A DNA stretch of 64,000 nt from Ginglymostoma cirratum (lineage: Eukaryota): NCBI GenBank assembly GCA_024137785.1, contig JAHRHZ010000111.1, positions 28,653,329 through 28,717,328 on the forward strand. The letters are read 5' to 3'. This document shows, piece after piece, positions 61,326 to 64,000 of the stretch. The translations under genes and the position numbers were made by a program. The first letter of the stretch is position 1; each line of letters opens with the position of its first letter. The notes below the pieces were generated by a model. The model searched no databases, was not told the DNA's origin, and was given only the letters and a program-made list of their open reading frames with translations.

Positions 61326-62059
61326 TACAGTAGAGTCAGAAATCATTACTAGTGGCTCCATTTGCTTGTACGATAAGTTATGCTCCTTTTCAGTTGGGCT
61401 TCCTGATATATTACAAGGCTGGAAGAATTACTCGTATTAGACATTAAATCTGCCATCAAACCTTTTCTACAGCAATCCTTCCATTGATGTCTCACATCTA
61501 CACAGGACTACACATACCACAGTTGGGAAACCCCGGTCTGTATCATAATAATCGGCACTAGGATCTTTAAGGAATCCACTTGAACATAGACACCGAAGCA
61601 AAAGGGAAATTGTTAACTTTTGACAAATTTAATCTAATTAGAAATTTTCAACTCTTCCACCAAAAAAAACAAAAAATCATTTTAATTCGCCAGCTAAGAG
61701 CCTCCTGCCACTGCTTGTGACTTGTGACCAGCTATTGGATTCATGGGAAGGCTGCTGGAATAACACTGATGACCTACCAGCAAGCTTCAATTAGGTGTTG
61801 TCAACTTTGTGAAAAGAGTTTGGGCCACAAAAACAGAATGTCCTGGAGGCATCCAGCAACAACAATGATGCTTGTTGTCTGTGACACCCCCCAGCATCCT
61901 CATCTTTAAAAGCCTGCTTCACAGGCCCCAGTGTCCCATACACCATATCCCAAATACAATGCCAGCAATGGCTACTACTGGCCAGCTGCCACTGGCAAAA
62001 TGTGACCCCTGACATTCAACCCTGACACCAGGTCCCTGCTGCCCATGTTAAGCCTAGCC

Positions 62060-62162
62060 CGTTAACTCTGTATGCCTCTCCACAGCTGCTGCCTTACCTG
62101 CTGAGTATTTTCAACTTTTCTGCTTCGATTCAGATTTCCTGCATCTGCAATATTTAGCTTTT
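62060..62162 (+). mobile_element. PLE terminal-repeat fragment (family B)
   Basis: cgttaactctg...gctgccttacctgctgagtattttc...cagatttcctgcatctgca. Confidence 0.7.
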
Positions 62163-62592
62163 GGTGTTGATGTTATGGGTTTTCCTGCATTTTCAACAGA
62201 ATGCATAAAACTGTACTCACACTTCAATTCATAACATTTAAAGATCAAGATTTCATTGACAGAGAGAGCGCAGGCTCAAGGGGCTGAATGACCTACTTCT
62301 CCTAATGCAAATGTCAACTTTGGTACATTAAAGTGAATTACTTTCTCAAAAGGCAAAACACGGTATAATACCATTTCAGTCAAGGAGGCTCTAATTGGAT
62401 TTCTGGCTTTTTGGTCTGATGATACCAAGCTTCAATCAACCAGATGAAAGATGAGCTTAGTTAATATTGTTGGCGTAGCACCACATTAAATTGCAGCCAG
62501 TATTTGGCATAAGTAAAGAAAAAAGGTGCTTGAAATTGAATTCCACAGATGTAAGGGAATGTTATCAAGTATTTAATATTCAAGTTTACCGT

Positions 62593-63513
62593 AAGTTTGC
62601 AGATGACACCAAAATTGGTGGTGGACAGTGAAGAAGGTGATCTCAGAGTACAACAGGACATTGATCGGGGGGGGGGCCAATGGGCCAAGGAGTGGCAGAT
62701 GGAGTTTAATTCAGATTTGCATAAGGTATTGCATTTTGGTAAAGCAAATCAGGGCAGGACTTTTACATTTAGTGATAGGATCCTGGAGGATGCTGCCGAA
62801 CAAAGAGACCTTGGGTGGAGGTTCACTGTACCTTGAAGGTGGAGTCGCTGATGGACAGAATGGTGAAGAAGGCATATGATAGGTTCGCTTTTGTTGGTCG
62901 GTGCATTGAATATAAGAATTGGAAGGTTGTGTTGCGGCTGTACATGACATTGGTAAGGCCACTTTTGGAATACTGCCTGCAATTCTGGCCTCCCTGCTAT
63001 AGGAAAGATGCTATTAAACTAGAAAGGGTGCAGAAAAGATTTACAAGGATGTTGCCAGTGTCAGACGGTTTGAGTTACAGGGAGAGACTGAATAGGCTGG
63101 GGTTGTTTTTCCTGGAGCATCAGAGGCTGAGGAGAGACCTTATGTCGATATATAAAATTATGAGGGGCATGGATAGGGTGAATAGCTAAGTTCTTTTTTC
63201 CCAGGATAGAGAGTTCAAAACTAGAGGGCATAGGTTTAATGTGAAAGGGGAAGGACATAAAAGGGACCTAAGGGACAACTTTTTCACATAGTGGGTGGTG
63301 CGTTTATCGAACTATCTGCGAGAGGAAGTTGTGGAGGAGGGCACAATTACAACATTTAAAAGGCATCTGGATCGGTACATGAATATGAAAAGTTTAGAGG
63401 GATGTGAGTCGAGTGCTAACAAATGGAACTAGATGAATTTCAGATATCTGGTTGATATAGACAAGTTGGACCAATATATCTGTTTCTGTGCTGTACAACT
63501 CTATGACTCTATG
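62593..63513 (+). mobile_element. CR1/HER1 LINE 3' part (RT pseudogene)
   Basis: KFADDTK at the 5' end, LVRPLLEYCLQFWPPC..LERVQKRFTRML, and ctatgact tail. Confidence 0.95.
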
Positions 63514-63654
63514 TCACCAACCGGAAGAGATTATTTCTTTCCCCCAATGAAAACCATATGATTACAAAACCCTAAATTAGAATTGACCTGAAATCAACTC
63601 TACACATCAGAGGCCTTATTTCCCAGGCACCTTACAGAAAGAAAGGAGGACTTA

Positions 63655-63750
63655 ACAGTGCTTCTCAGGACATTCCAAGGTACTTTACAAAGTACTTCTG
63701 AAATGCAGTCAATGTTGTAACTGTGGTGCATTGGAAACCACATCTGAGGA
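63655..63750 (-). mobile_element. Deu-SINE/L2-type tail fragment
   Basis: ctcaggacattccaaggtactttacaaagtacttctgaaatgcagtcaatgttgtaa is antisense to the tail at 32500-32560. Confidence 0.55.
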
Positions 63751-64000
63751 GAGACAACAAAAACTAGCAATTGGAGAGCACAGTAAAACATTGCACATAT
63801 AGCTTTTTATATTAGTCATGGAATGTTCTGATGTTTCCTAAGCAGCCCTTCTACAAATGATACTGCATTGTGTTCTAGGACTGTTCTTGCTGTTGATTCT
63901 GCACATTTGGTTCAGTATTAGAATCAACATTAAAATGAAAGAAATCACCACAACTTACAGTCGATATATTTACTGCTTATTTGTCAGATGGCCTTACAGG

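Noticed and set aside
1-64000. CRISPR arrays, operons, rRNA or prokaryotic defence systems
   Set aside because: The sequence is vertebrate non-coding DNA with no regularly spaced repeats and no gene-dense coding structure.

Overview
Eukaryotic, AT-rich, repeat-dense DNA whose repeat content (HE1-type V-SINEs, HER1/CR1 LINEs, Deu-domain SINEs) points to a cartilaginous fish, most likely a shark. I recognise no host protein-coding gene, so this looks like a gene desert or giant intron. About 60 transposon remnants are interleaved with unique AT-rich blocks that may be conserved non-coding elements, and there are two assembly gaps. The longest coding remnant is a CR1 reverse transcriptase (16943-18449) broken by one stop and one frameshift. 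The most striking pattern is a set of short Penelope-like (PLE) terminal-repeat insertions. Some carry intact minimal hammerhead-ribozyme cores (CUGANGA...GAAA-CG-UH), several are arranged as inverted or foldback pairs, and some are near-identical and flanked by target-site duplications. All family names come from my recall of consensus motifs, not database searches, and boundaries of old repeats are approximate.
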